Origin: Terriglobales bacterium
GTDB taxonomy: Bacteria; Acidobacteriota; Terriglobia; Terriglobales; Acidobacteriaceae
Assembly: GCA_035308395.1 (NCBI GenBank)
Contig: DATGGT010000123.1
Span: forward strand, 71,786-135,785
Direction: 5' to 3'
DNA: 64,000 nucleotides
The stretch's first letter is position 1; each line of letters opens with the position of its first letter. The notes beneath the pieces are model-generated. The model worked only from the letters and a program-made list of their open reading frames with translations, was not told the origin of the DNA and did not search any database. The position numbers and the translations under genes were made by a program. Of this stretch, positions 11,501-19,493 are shown piece by piece.

Positions 11501-12192
11501 GCGCGGAGGCACTCATCCGTTGGCAGCATCCGAAACGCGGACTCATCAATCCCGACGGCTTCATCTCTCTGGCCGAGGAAACAGGCCTGATCCTGCCGAT
11601 GGGAGACTGGGTGCTGGAAAGCGCTTGCCGCCAGATTGCGGCGTGGGCCGCTCGAAAGGAGACGGCGCACATCAACGTCGCGGTCAACATCAGTGCCCGT
11701 CAGTTGCGCAATCCCGACTTTGTGGAAAATGTTCTGGCCACGCTGGAGCGGACTGGCGCCGGTCCGCAAAACCTCAGGCTCGAACTCACCGAGAGCATGC
11801 TGGTCGATGACGTTGAGGATGTGATCTCTAAAATGACTCGTCTCAAGTCTCACGGCTTGAGGTTTTCTCTGGACGATTTTGGCACGGGATACTCCTGCCT
11901 GGCATACCTCGGGCGCTTGCCTCTTGACCAACTGAAAATCGATCGGGAGTTCGTGCGAGACATCCTCACCGAAGGCAACGGCCTGATTGCACAGACGATT
12001 ATTTCCCTCGCCAAATCGATGGGTCTGTCAGTGATGGCCGAGGGTGTGGAAACTGAAGGACAGCGTGACTTTTTGGCCCGCCTCGGCTGCCGTGCCTATC
12101 AGGGAATACTCGTCAGCGGACCGGTGCCGTTGGAAGACTTCCAATTGCTCTTGCCGCGCTTGGCCAAGAGCGCCACCCTGAGTCAAGGCTAA
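8554..12192 (+). CDS. Periplasmic two-component-regulator-propeller/Y_Y_Y sensor, TM, GGDEF, EAL protein
   Basis: Signal peptide MWRILTLFLPLAAGVLRAQ and repeated propeller blades (G..W.GT..GL). TM WYWSWWFFSICGL. I-site RETD, GGDEF (RLGGDEFVVLL); EAL motifs EALIRW, DDFGTGYS, KIDREFV, AEGVET. Confidence 0.9.
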   Translation: MWRILTLFLPLAAGVLRAQEYSFHIFGNNDGLNNLTIRQIYQDHIGFIWVSTENGVFRYDGDRFEAFGSAQGLPSNSSAAFGEAPDGTLLAGGNFGLYRLNGNRFEQIPVPFKKISWEQGIQSDGKGHTYLGTDAGLMQLYSEPGHEGFSLRSFPQAAATSGPRADGILVDGKTVWYGCGQELCRMDENGTRVFGRSNGLPGRTLLVIRKDHDGNLWVRARNGVFVLPVGQTNFRRPDAPVPGSAMIGVANIDADGRIMLPSPNGLLIREENRWRKIDQSSGLRGAVYAAFEDKQHILWIGLAGRGLAQLRGYQEWETYSTTSGLASDIVYEIVPQTDGTVWIGTEGGLLRGEKSRSGMRWSKVAGLDGLPVHSVRKAQNGDLWIGTETRGVALLHVKTGRVEWVGEARGLLADGAYTLRFDRQQRLWAATDAGLFVATPPYQRLSRVNELPSTRFWAVAEGSDGTVWVGGANGLSSYANGHWQTFTPADGLSNQEVLSLGAGANGTIWVGYRFGGGIDRVHMQSRGFAVEKGIQRPGTEGLVYFLETDASGRVWAGTERGVDVWEGSHWSHYDASDGLAFNDCNLNAFAEEPDGTVWIGTSAGLSRFKPRPRVSPEVPLKVVFTKLMMEGADVFGQSNPASSFHANSLIARYSALNVRSEAGILFRYQLDGASSNWTETTQKELQFAELSPGAYRLKVEAQDDTGGWSGNSAEFAFRILTPWYWSWWFFSICGLTPLLVIGSVARLRMLGAERRERELQQLKVAHDEIRNLAFFDPLTGLPNRRLLLDRLRQTLTASTRSNRKLALLFIDLDDFKTLNDTLGHHIGDLLLQEVARRITECIRETDTVARLGGDEFVVLLQSLPEVAEDAAAQAKTIAQKILTTIDQPYLLSGRACRSSSSIGITVFGDRQSSTNTNEILQQADIAMYQAKAAGRNTMHFFAPALQAAVNARAAMEEDLRQAIKANQFVLYYQPQVDCDALVGAEALIRWQHPKRGLINPDGFISLAEETGLILPMGDWVLESACRQIAAWAARKETAHINVAVNISARQLRNPDFVENVLATLERTGAGPQNLRLELTESMLVDDVEDVISKMTRLKSHGLRFSLDDFGTGYSCLAYLGRLPLDQLKIDREFVRDILTEGNGLIAQTIISLAKSMGLSVMAEGVETEGQRDFLARLGCRAYQGILVSGPVPLEDFQLLLPRLAKSATLSQG

Positions 12193-12234
12193 TCGCACGG
12201 GACTTCGACCATCATCGGAGACTATCATCGAGTC

Positions 12235-12453
12235 ATGTCCGAATCGGAATGCCTCGCCTGTAAAGAGTTGAAGCTGCGCGAGTCCCGCGCTCACTCCGAG
12301 TGGACTTCCTTTCTGTACTTTAATGAGATGAAGCCTCCGCTGTCGGACCGCGCAAAACGAAGGCAGCAGCAGGAAAAGATGGAAGCGTACGAGCAGGCTC
12401 ACAAGGCTCGCCTCCTGCATACAAAGACTTGCCTGACCTGCATGACTCCGTAG
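12235..12453 (+). CDS. Small hypothetical protein with N- and C-terminal CxxC pairs
   Basis: 72 aa: MSESECLACKELK...HTKTCLTCMTP. Lies 42 nt after the GGDEF-EAL stop with no intervening hairpin. Coding status uncertain. Confidence 0.4.
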   Translation: MSESECLACKELKLRESRAHSEWTSFLYFNEMKPPLSDRAKRRQQQEKMEAYEQAHKARLLHTKTCLTCMTP

Positions 12454-12454
12454 C

Positions 12455-12488
12455 TGATTCGAAGAGTTGATTCGAAGAGTTGATTCGA
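12455..12488. repeat. 13-bp tandem repeat, about 2.6 copies
   Basis: tgattcgaagagt tgattcgaagagt tgattcga, in the convergent spacer between the small ORF and the methyltransferase. Confidence 0.9.
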
Positions 12489-12498
12489 TGCCAAATAC

Positions 12499-13191
12499 CT
12501 AGCGGACCACCAGCACCTCGCGGATGGCGTCGCGCGCGAGAAAAAACTTGATCGACGCAAAGTCGCGGAAAAGATTTTCGATGTGCCGGTTGGCAAATAC
12601 GCGCTGCAATCGCGGAGACTGTTTTTCTGACGATGGGCGTCCTGGCGGCGCAAACTTCACTTCCTGCATCTCCAGCAATTCGCTGTCAGTGACGTGGTAG
12701 CGATAACAAATCGAATCGGGGCCGGCGTCGCGGGTATGGAAAAAGGCGAGCAGCAAGCCGCCCGGTTTCATCACCGACCACAACCGATCGATGGTCGGTT
12801 TCACCAGGCTCTCTTCCATGTAGTCGGGGAGGTTCCAGCACAGGACGACGTCGAACTGAGCATTCTCATAGACCAGATTATCGGAGATAAATCTCTGGCT
12901 ATCGATAACCGAGTTCCCCTCGCTATCGCGAACCCGTAATTCCGGATCAAGCGAAGAACGCAACAGATCCTCGCTGTAATTCTTGTGCCCTCTGCCCGTA
13001 AAGAAACGGATATTACTGGCGGAAGTTGCTCCCATGTCGAGAACGCACAGCGACTCTTGCGAATTCAGCAAGCGCGAAATTTCCGCCATGCCACTGGAGC
13101 GCCGAGTCAGCTTTTGTGGAACTGCGGGGACCGCGGCTTGGTTCGAGGAGCTCCGGAAAAATTTCATTACGTTGTCAGAAACAGATGCCAT
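12499..13191 (-). CDS. Class I SAM-dependent methyltransferase
   Basis: Motif I-like VLDMGATSASN and post-I/II region DVVLCWNLPDYM...MKPGGLLLAFFH. Confidence 0.7.
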   Translation of the reverse strand: MASVSDNVMKFFRSSSNQAAVPAVPQKLTRRSSGMAEISRLLNSQESLCVLDMGATSASNIRFFTGRGHKNYSEDLLRSSLDPELRVRDSEGNSVIDSQRFISDNLVYENAQFDVVLCWNLPDYMEESLVKPTIDRLWSVMKPGGLLLAFFHTRDAGPDSICYRYHVTDSELLEMQEVKFAPPGRPSSEKQSPRLQRVFANRHIENLFRDFASIKFFLARDAIREVLVVR

Positions 13192-13257
13192 GAATGATTG
13201 CGTCCGATCATACGCTCAGCCCATGCGCTCAGCGCCACGGTCTCACGCGCTTCTAGA

Positions 13258-13623
13258 TTAGGAAGACGCGGAACCTGCGGCCTTGCCATCTTTCTGAATA
13301 TCTACCTTCCCGCGCAGGAACGCACCCTCTTCGATGGCGATGCGCTGCGTGGTCACGTCACCGTTTACAACCGCTGACTTGCGCAAGTCGACGCGATCCG
13401 AGGCGGTCACCGCACCTTCCAACTTGCCCTGAACCACGACCGCCTTAGCGCTGACATCGGCCTTCACATTTCCATTCGGTCCCACTGTCAAGCTGTGATT
13501 GCGGAGTTCAATCTTGCCTTCAACACTCCCGTCGACGTACAAATCTTCGGAACCTGATAACTCCCCCTTGATGACGACCGACTTGCCAATGTGGGCGAAC
13601 TCTCCCGTTTTCGGAGCATCCAT
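13258..13623 (-). CDS. Bactofilin-family cytoskeletal protein
   Basis: IGKSVVIKGELSGSEDLYVDGSVEGKIELRNHSLTVGPNGNVKADVSAKAVVVQGKLEGAV..., the typical bactofilin beta-helix repeat. Confidence 0.85.
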   Translation of the reverse strand: MDAPKTGEFAHIGKSVVIKGELSGSEDLYVDGSVEGKIELRNHSLTVGPNGNVKADVSAKAVVVQGKLEGAVTASDRVDLRKSAVVNGDVTTQRIAIEEGAFLRGKVDIQKDGKAAGSASS

Positions 13624-13833
13624 TGCCTGGCCTTCCTCTCCTCGCGCTCTGTTCGCCGCGAATTCACCGATTGTAAATCATTCGTCCGCTTCGGGAGCAG
13701 TTGCAAGGGGATGGGCAATTGCTGAATCTTGTTCTTCGTCAAGAACTTGCGCCCCGAAAGTGGGCGGCTTTGCCGCGTACAACCCTTGGTTTGCTACCAT
13801 GATCCAAAGAGGATGCCAGTCCCAAGTCCGATC

Positions 13834-14769
13834 ATGGCGCTCACGAATAGAACCTGCCGCGATAGCGCTGCAAGGAGCCTCGGCCACCTTGGCACTGGGA
13901 TTTTGCTGGTTTCGGCGATGTGTTTCGCCGGAGAGCAACCCAGCATCTCTGCCGATCGCGATCCGGCAGAACTGGTGCGGAGGGCAGTACAGAACGAAAT
14001 CAAGGCCTCTGACGATCAAAACAACCGGTTCCTGTTTCGCGGCGTCAAGACAACGCCTGCGGGATCGACAACCCGCATCTACGTCGAGACCAAAGAAGCA
14101 ACCGCCGGCCTGGTAATCGGATACAACGGCCAGACTCTGACGCCCGAACAACAACGAGCCGAAGAGGCTCGCGTGGAAAGGTTCATCGACAATCCCGAAG
14201 AACTGCGGAAGAAACGCACGCAGGAGCGCGAGAATGCGGAGCGCACGATGCGCATCGTCCGTGCGATGCCAGAAGCCTTCGTGTACGAATATGCGGGTGA
14301 GGAGCCGAGTTCTGAGGGCATTGGGCGTGCCGGCTCGATGCTCATCAAATTGAAGTTCCATCCCGAACCCGGTTACCAGCCTCCGTCGCGAGTCGAAGAA
14401 GTACTTACGGGCATGGAAGGCGTCGTATTGATCGATCCAACCGGTTTGCGGATCGCTAAGATTGACGGCACGCTCTTCAAGGAGGTCGGGTTTGGTTGGG
14501 GAATTCTCGGCCACCTGGATCGCGGCGGACGTTTCACGGTGCAGCAGCAGGAAGTGGGCGGCAATGTCTGGGAAATTTCAAGCATGGGCCTTCACTTCAC
14601 CGGCAAAATCCTTCTGGTGAAGACTCTCAACTTTGTCTCGACGGAAGTTTTCAGCGGATTCAAGCGCGTGCCGGCAGACCTCACTTTTGCCAAGGCCGTA
14701 GAGTTGTTGAAGAAAGAAGAAGCCGCAGAGGGCGATATCGCAGCCAATGGCAAAATCTGCCGGAAGTAA
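13834..14769 (+). CDS. Secreted hypothetical protein
   Basis: ORF 13729..14769. Internal ATG gives a signal-like LGTGILLVSAMCFAGEQ. Composition is protein-like, unlike the antisense 278-aa ORF. Confidence 0.55.
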   Translation: MALTNRTCRDSAARSLGHLGTGILLVSAMCFAGEQPSISADRDPAELVRRAVQNEIKASDDQNNRFLFRGVKTTPAGSTTRIYVETKEATAGLVIGYNGQTLTPEQQRAEEARVERFIDNPEELRKKRTQERENAERTMRIVRAMPEAFVYEYAGEEPSSEGIGRAGSMLIKLKFHPEPGYQPPSRVEEVLTGMEGVVLIDPTGLRIAKIDGTLFKEVGFGWGILGHLDRGGRFTVQQQEVGGNVWEISSMGLHFTGKILLVKTLNFVSTEVFSGFKRVPADLTFAKAVELLKKEEAAEGDIAANGKICRK

Positions 14770-14792
14770 ACGGAAGCGATGACGCGAGGGCG

Positions 14793-15911
14793 CTAACTCT
14801 TGCCAGCGCGAAAGGTTTCTTCGCGAACCGTAAATTGCTTCACCAGATCTTCACGGACCCGATAACCCGTACCGGCCGCGTCACTGACAGCGATCATGCC
14901 ATCGGCACGCACTTCAACTTCAGGCTCGACGATGTCTTCCTTCCAATAGCGTCTCGACGCCGACACGTCTCCGGGCAAACGGAAATTCTCCAGAGTCGAC
15001 AACGCGATGTTGTGCGCCCTTCCAATCCCCGACTCCAACATTCCACCGCACCATACCGGAACATCGTGCCGTTTGGCGACATCGTGAATCTTAATCGCCT
15101 CGCTGAAGCCGCCGACCCGTCCCACCTTGATGTTGATGATGCGGCAGGCCCCGATCTCAAGTGCAAAATCGGCATTGCGTGCGTTGAGGATCGATTCGTC
15201 CAGACAAATCGCGGTCTGGATCGCCTTTTGTAGGCGGCCATGAAGATAGATTTCGTCGTTCCATAACGGCTGCTCGATCATCAGCAGGTGGAAGGCGTCG
15301 AATTTGCGCAGATGCTCAACTTCGTCGAGAGTATATGCGGAATTTGCATCGACGCTGAGGACGATGTCCGCCCATCGGGAGCGGACTTTTTCCAGGATGT
15401 TCAGGTCCCATCCCGGCTTGACTTTGATCTTGATTCGACGGTAGCCGGCCGCCAATTCAGTTTCAATTTTCTCCATCAGCTGTTCGGGACTATCTTGAAT
15501 GCCGATCGAAACTCCACAGGCAATCTCGCGGCGGGAACCTCCCAGTAATTTCCAGAGCGGCTGCTGCTTCTGCCGCGCCTCAGCGTCCCACACTGCGTTT
15601 TCGAGGGCGGCCTTCGCCATGCGGTGTCCGCGAACCTGAGCGAAACGGGCGGGGCAGTCGCGTCCGGAGGGCATATCGCCACGCAGCAACATCGGGATCA
15701 GGTAGCGCCGCATGGTTGCCCACGCCGTTTCAGTCCACTCCGGACTGTAAAACGGATCTTCCCCCGCGACACACTCTCCCCATCCGCGCACACCGTCAGT
15801 TTCGACGCTAACCAGCAGGATGCTGCGGCTGTAGATCCGGCCAAAGCTCGTTTCGAAAAAATGCACGAGCGGCATTTGAATTTCACGCAACGTCACCGAT
15901 TCAATTTTCAT
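14793..15911 (-). CDS. Enolase-superfamily o-succinylbenzoate synthase / N-succinylamino acid racemase (OSBS/NSAR)
   Basis: MKIESVTLREIQMPLVHFFETSFG..., KxK motif RRIKIKVKPG, metal ligands VDANSAY / MIEQPL / LDESI, second catalytic Lys in INIKVGRVGG. Confidence 0.8.
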   Translation of the reverse strand: MKIESVTLREIQMPLVHFFETSFGRIYSRSILLVSVETDGVRGWGECVAGEDPFYSPEWTETAWATMRRYLIPMLLRGDMPSGRDCPARFAQVRGHRMAKAALENAVWDAEARQKQQPLWKLLGGSRREIACGVSIGIQDSPEQLMEKIETELAAGYRRIKIKVKPGWDLNILEKVRSRWADIVLSVDANSAYTLDEVEHLRKFDAFHLLMIEQPLWNDEIYLHGRLQKAIQTAICLDESILNARNADFALEIGACRIINIKVGRVGGFSEAIKIHDVAKRHDVPVWCGGMLESGIGRAHNIALSTLENFRLPGDVSASRRYWKEDIVEPEVEVRADGMIAVSDAAGTGYRVREDLVKQFTVREETFRAGKS

Positions 15912-16035
15912 GATTTCTTTTGTCGATCCAATTCGTGAGGTTTTGACAGCGGCATGAGCGCACGAGATCCGCCAGGTTAAGACGCCTATGTTTAGGACGC
16001 GCAAGTATAGAAGGATGCCATCAGCGAGAGCAAGC

Positions 16036-16073
16036 GAGTCTGTTGCGGCCTATCGAGTCTGTTGCAGTCTATC
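16036..16073. repeat. 19-bp tandem duplication at the GNAT stop codon
   Basis: gagtctgttgcggcctatc / gagtctgttgcagtctatc (17 of 19 identical). Confidence 0.85.
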
Positions 16074-16876
16074 TAGTACAGCAAGTCCTCGTCCCAGTCC
16101 CCGAGCAAAAACCGTCCGTTGCCTCGCTCGTCGCGCTCGTAGCCGAGAACCGATAGCCCTTCGGCGAACGCGGCGACAAATTTCGCGCGGTTAGTCTCCT
16201 GCACCGCCAGCGCTTTCGGGCGCGTCGCTTCGACCACCTTCCAGTCATAGACTTCCGCCGGGACATCAACATGCACGCGGTATTTGATCTCGGCGCGTGG
16301 ACGCTGCGCTAAAACGGACTCGACACGCTTCGATCCGAGCCACCATTCGGCCACTAGCCGGTCAGTGGGCAGGCCGCCCTGCAACGGTGACGATGTGATC
16401 CCGTACTGATTGATGTTGTATCGCCGCGCGATGGCTCCCAGCTTCTCGATGTTTAGATATGCGTTCTTAATTTCCAGGGGATCGAAGGTCCACTCCATCA
16501 GCTCAAAGCCGCGCGCCAGTGCATCTTTCCGCTGATACAGCTTCAGACGCCGCCCGAGTCCGGCATTGCGATGCTCCCCGTCTACAGCCAACATCTGCGA
16601 GTGCAGATAGCTGCGATCATTCCGAATTCCGGGAATCGCCAGCGCAAATCCCACCAAGCGACTCTTGTCGCTGGCTCCGGCGAACGCACCCACCACCTGG
16701 CCACCAATCTTCGCCGCTACGACGAACATGCGGATCGGAATCAGATCGGCGTCCGCGAACCCCCACACCTTCTTCTGCAGATCGAAGCAGGCCCGCATCT
16801 CCTCGATCGTTTCGCATTTGCGGACGTTCACTTCAGCGGTGGGACCAGCAATCGCAGCGGCTTTAGCGTCCGTCAT
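16073..16876 (-). CDS. GNAT-family acyltransferase
   Basis: Acyl-CoA motif region HRNAGLGRRLKLYQRKDALARGFELMEWTFDPL. ATG 16876 overlaps the mazG stop as ATGA. Confidence 0.65.
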   Translation of the reverse strand: MTDAKAAAIAGPTAEVNVRKCETIEEMRACFDLQKKVWGFADADLIPIRMFVVAAKIGGQVVGAFAGASDKSRLVGFALAIPGIRNDRSYLHSQMLAVDGEHRNAGLGRRLKLYQRKDALARGFELMEWTFDPLEIKNAYLNIEKLGAIARRYNINQYGITSSPLQGGLPTDRLVAEWWLGSKRVESVLAQRPRAEIKYRVHVDVPAEVYDWKVVEATRPKALAVQETNRAKFVAAFAEGLSVLGYERDERGNGRFLLGDWDEDLLY

Positions 16877-17802
16877 GCAGTTTTTTCCTGCCGTTTCGCT
16901 TCTTGCCACAAGCTTTCGAGTTCTCCCATCGACGCCTGTTGCGGCGTCTGCCCGCGGTCAGCCAATCGCTCTTCCATCCATCGAAAACGGTTTCTGAATT
17001 TGCGATTCGTTTTTCGTAATGCCGATTCGGGGTCGAGCGACAGATAGCGAGCGATGTTCACGAGCACAAAGAACATGTCCCCCACCTCGTCTTCGACTCG
17101 CTCCCGGAGTTCAGCCGGAAGGTCGCGTCTTCCTGCTCCGGCGATTTCTGTCCCGGCGGGTGGATGATTGAGATTCGGCAAGGATTTCAATTCTTCTCGT
17201 AACTCGTCCGTCTCTTCTTCGAGTTTCGCAAAAAGTCCTTCGATCTCTGGCCAGTCAAAGCCCACGCGTGCGGCACGCGAACTGAGTTTATAGGCCTCCA
17301 TCAGCGCGGGCATTTTCGATGACACGCCAGCGAGTACAGACTGCGCGTTGAGATCGACCGCTGCCGACGCTGGCCCGCTCTGACCGCCTGCATCGGCCAG
17401 TCGTTTCTTCTCTTTTTCTTTTTCTTTCTCTAGCGCCTTCAGCGCCTCCCAATTACGCAGCACTTCCGCGGACGTATCGGCTTTCACATCTCCAAACACG
17501 TGCGGATGGCGGTCCACCAGTTTGTTTGAAAGTCGATCGAGCACATCGTCGACCGAGAAGAGCCCTTCCTCGCTCGCCAACTGCGAATAAAAGAGCACCT
17601 GCAACAACAAATCGCCCAATTCTCCGGTCAACTCCGGCCAGTCGCGATTGTCAATTGCTTCGAGGACTTCATACGCTTCTTCGAGCGTGTAGGGCTTGAT
17701 GGTGTCGAAGGTTTGTTCGCGATCCCAGGGACACCCGCCCGGAGCCCGCAACCTCGCCATGATTTCTACAGCTCGCTCAAATCGTTCGCCAGTAGTGGAC
17801 AT
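16873..17802 (-). CDS. mazG: Nucleoside triphosphate pyrophosphohydrolase MazG
   Basis: RLRAPGGCPWDREQTFDTIKPYTLEEAYEVLEAI...LGDLLLQVLFYSQ plus the second MazG domain EEVGDMFFVLVNIARY. Confidence 0.85.
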   Translation of the reverse strand: MSTTGERFERAVEIMARLRAPGGCPWDREQTFDTIKPYTLEEAYEVLEAIDNRDWPELTGELGDLLLQVLFYSQLASEEGLFSVDDVLDRLSNKLVDRHPHVFGDVKADTSAEVLRNWEALKALEKEKEKEKKRLADAGGQSGPASAAVDLNAQSVLAGVSSKMPALMEAYKLSSRAARVGFDWPEIEGLFAKLEEETDELREELKSLPNLNHPPAGTEIAGAGRRDLPAELRERVEDEVGDMFFVLVNIARYLSLDPESALRKTNRKFRNRFRWMEERLADRGQTPQQASMGELESLWQEAKRQEKTA

Positions 17803-17853
17803 GAGCAATCACTCTAAATGAGGCGAACTTCCGCGGGCAATGGCGGCGGACGG

Positions 17854-17901
17854 TTGGAAAATTAGCGTGTTGGAAAACCAGCGTGTTCTAAAACTAGCGC
17901 A
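17854..17901. repeat. 16-bp tandem repeat, 3 decaying copies, overlapping the GDPD stop
   Basis: ttggaaaattagcgtg ttggaaaaccagcgtg ttctaaaactagcgca. Confidence 0.85.
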
Positions 17902-18535
17902 GCGCCTGAGCCAGCAATTCCGTTTCGTCGGAGATGATCGCGTCCGCCCCCCACTCTGCGAAGGCGCGCATCTGGTCGACGCGATTGACGGTCCAGACCA
18001 TGAACTTCTTCCCAGCCGAATGCACCGCGTCAATGAGTTCGCGATCCGCCAACTTAGAGTGCGGAATCACCCACTGAACCGGAGCATCTCGCCATGATTG
18101 AAGCTCGCTTCGTTTTTCACACAGGAAGCCTAAGGGAATCGTCGCATCCAGATCGTGGAGCACGGTGAGAACTTCGGGCAAGAAAGAAGAAACCACGTAT
18201 CGCTTTTGTGGTGGATCTTTGCGCAACTCTATGAGTATCTGCGGCTCCATCCCCGCGACCTTCAGTTCGATATCGAGAAAAGCGCGAGTGGCAAAGTGCT
18301 GTAAAACATCTTCGAGCGCAGGCAAAGCCAGGGTTTGCGCCGCCGTGCTCTCGATATTCATTCCATTGCTGGTCGGGTCGTGGCAGATGACGAGCTTTCC
18401 GTCGGCGGAGCGTCGCACGTCGAACTCGAATCCGTCGCAGCCGTGTTGCAAGCAGAGTTCGAACGAGGCCGGCGTGTTTTCAGGAGTTTCACGCGAAGAT
18501 CGCGCGCCGCGATGGCCAAGGAGGAGAGGCGTCAT
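17894..18535 (-). CDS. Glycerophosphodiester phosphodiesterase family protein
   Basis: LLGHRGARSSRETPENTPASFELCLQHGCDGFEFDVRRSADGKLVICHD (GDPD HR..EN..E.D..HD signature). Confidence 0.8.
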   Translation of the reverse strand: MTPLLLGHRGARSSRETPENTPASFELCLQHGCDGFEFDVRRSADGKLVICHDPTSNGMNIESTAAQTLALPALEDVLQHFATRAFLDIELKVAGMEPQILIELRKDPPQKRYVVSSFLPEVLTVLHDLDATIPLGFLCEKRSELQSWRDAPVQWVIPHSKLADRELIDAVHSAGKKFMVWTVNRVDQMRAFAEWGADAIISDETELLAQALR

Positions 18536-18539
18536 TAGA

Positions 18540-18614
18540 GGTTCCCAGTTCTCAGTTCCCAGTGAAAAACCTCTGACCCTTGACTGAGAACTGAGAACCA
18601 GGAACTGAGAACTG
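18540..18614. repeat. Composite inverted repeat built from GAACTGAGAAC / GTTCTCAGTTC units
   Basis: cagttctcagttcc (18545-18558) is the exact reverse complement of ggaactgagaactg (18601-18614). A second arm ctgagaactgagaacc allows alternative pairing. Confidence 0.75.
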
Positions 18615-18617
18615 CTC

Positions 18618-18944
18618 TTAGTCTAGATCGAAATCTCGAATCGGCCGTCCCGTGTCCGGAGTCTCTTTCGCCTTCTTCACGGCTTCCTGGAATTTCTTTT
18701 CCAGCAACTCCGACGCATGCTTTTGCGCTTCCATCGACTGGCGGAAGATCGAGTCGCGACGGCTGTCCTGCTCTTTCATAGCGCGTGCGGCTTCTTCCAT
18801 GTCGTTGAAGGTCTTCGGCTTGACTGGAGCCGTGTGAGCGATGATGCCGCGGATCGAGGGGTCGATCTTCAGGACCGCGCCGCAGCACGGGCAGGTTACA
18901 TCAAAATTGTTCTCGCGTTTCGCCACACCGCGATCATACCGCAA
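18618..18944 (-). CDS. Small hypothetical protein (CPCC motif, charged helical tail)
   Basis: 108 aa: ...NFDVTCPCCGAVLKIDPSIRG...KEQDSRRDSIFRQSMEAQKHASELLEKKFQEAVKKAKE. Reasonable composition, no family assigned. Confidence 0.5.
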   Translation of the reverse strand: MRYDRGVAKRENNFDVTCPCCGAVLKIDPSIRGIIAHTAPVKPKTFNDMEEAARAMKEQDSRRDSIFRQSMEAQKHASELLEKKFQEAVKKAKETPDTGRPIRDFDLD

Positions 18945-18992
18945 TCGAAGTTTCAGCGGGAATCCCGTCCGAGTTGCGACAGAGCGAGCCGC

Positions 18993-19421
18993 TCAGTGGG
19001 GCGTAATGCGGATCGGCAGGATGTGGAACTGATACAGCATCTCCCAGCCTAGAAGCACGATCGATACCAGTACGACGAGGATGGCTAGAATCTCGCCAAA
19101 ACTGAGGCCGCTTTTTTGGTCTTCGAAACGGCGAGCGCCGAGGCTCAAAATGTTGAGCGTGGCGAAGCCAAACACCAGCGCCCAGAGGATGTTGTAGACC
19201 TCTTCGCGGGTTGATCGCAGCAGGAACATTGCGGGCAAAAGGCCGACGGCCAGGGCGTGCAATGCGCGGAGCGAAGACTCTGCCGCGTGGGTCGGTCCAA
19301 GAGCGACAAGTAAGGATGAATAGTTTCGGGCAGCGGTCACGGGCCGTGGCATTCTCATGCAGGAATTCGATAGTACCCTGTTTCGCTCGCCAAAGTCAGC
19401 CGGAACGCGAGGGGAAGGCAC
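18993..19421 (-). CDS. Small hypothetical membrane protein (start uncertain)
   Basis: Two or three hydrophobic helices (ALAVGLLPAMFLL, ILWALVFGFATLNILSL, ILAILVVLVSIVLLGW). Confidence 0.4.
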   Translation of the reverse strand: MPSPRVPADFGERNRVLSNSCMRMPRPVTAARNYSSLLVALGPTHAAESSLRALHALAVGLLPAMFLLRSTREEVYNILWALVFGFATLNILSLGARRFEDQKSGLSFGEILAILVVLVSIVLLGWEMLYQFHILPIRITPH

Positions 19422-19493
19422 CTCGTTAGTTCATCCCCTCGACCATTCCGGCCGGGTTGATTTTCTTGCGGTCGTCACAGAGGATAGTACGCA

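Noticed and set aside
11038-11931. 297-aa minus-strand ORF inside the GGDEF-EAL gene
   Set aside because: It is antisense to clearly recognisable GGDEF and EAL motifs, so it is a shadow ORF. The same reasoning applies to 27163..28104, 54013..54900, 59423..60094, 60213..61031, 4525..5256, 47491..48165 and similar long antisense ORFs.
13678-14514. 278-aa minus-strand ORF overlapping the 13834..14769 gene
   Set aside because: Arg/Cys/His-rich shadow ORF typical of the antisense strand of a GC-rich gene. The + strand product has a signal peptide and balanced composition.
17380-17440. CT-rich low-complexity tract inside mazG
   Set aside because: It encodes an in-frame EKEKEKEKK linker between the two MazG domains. 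It is not a frameshift-prone homopolymer or a separate repeat element.
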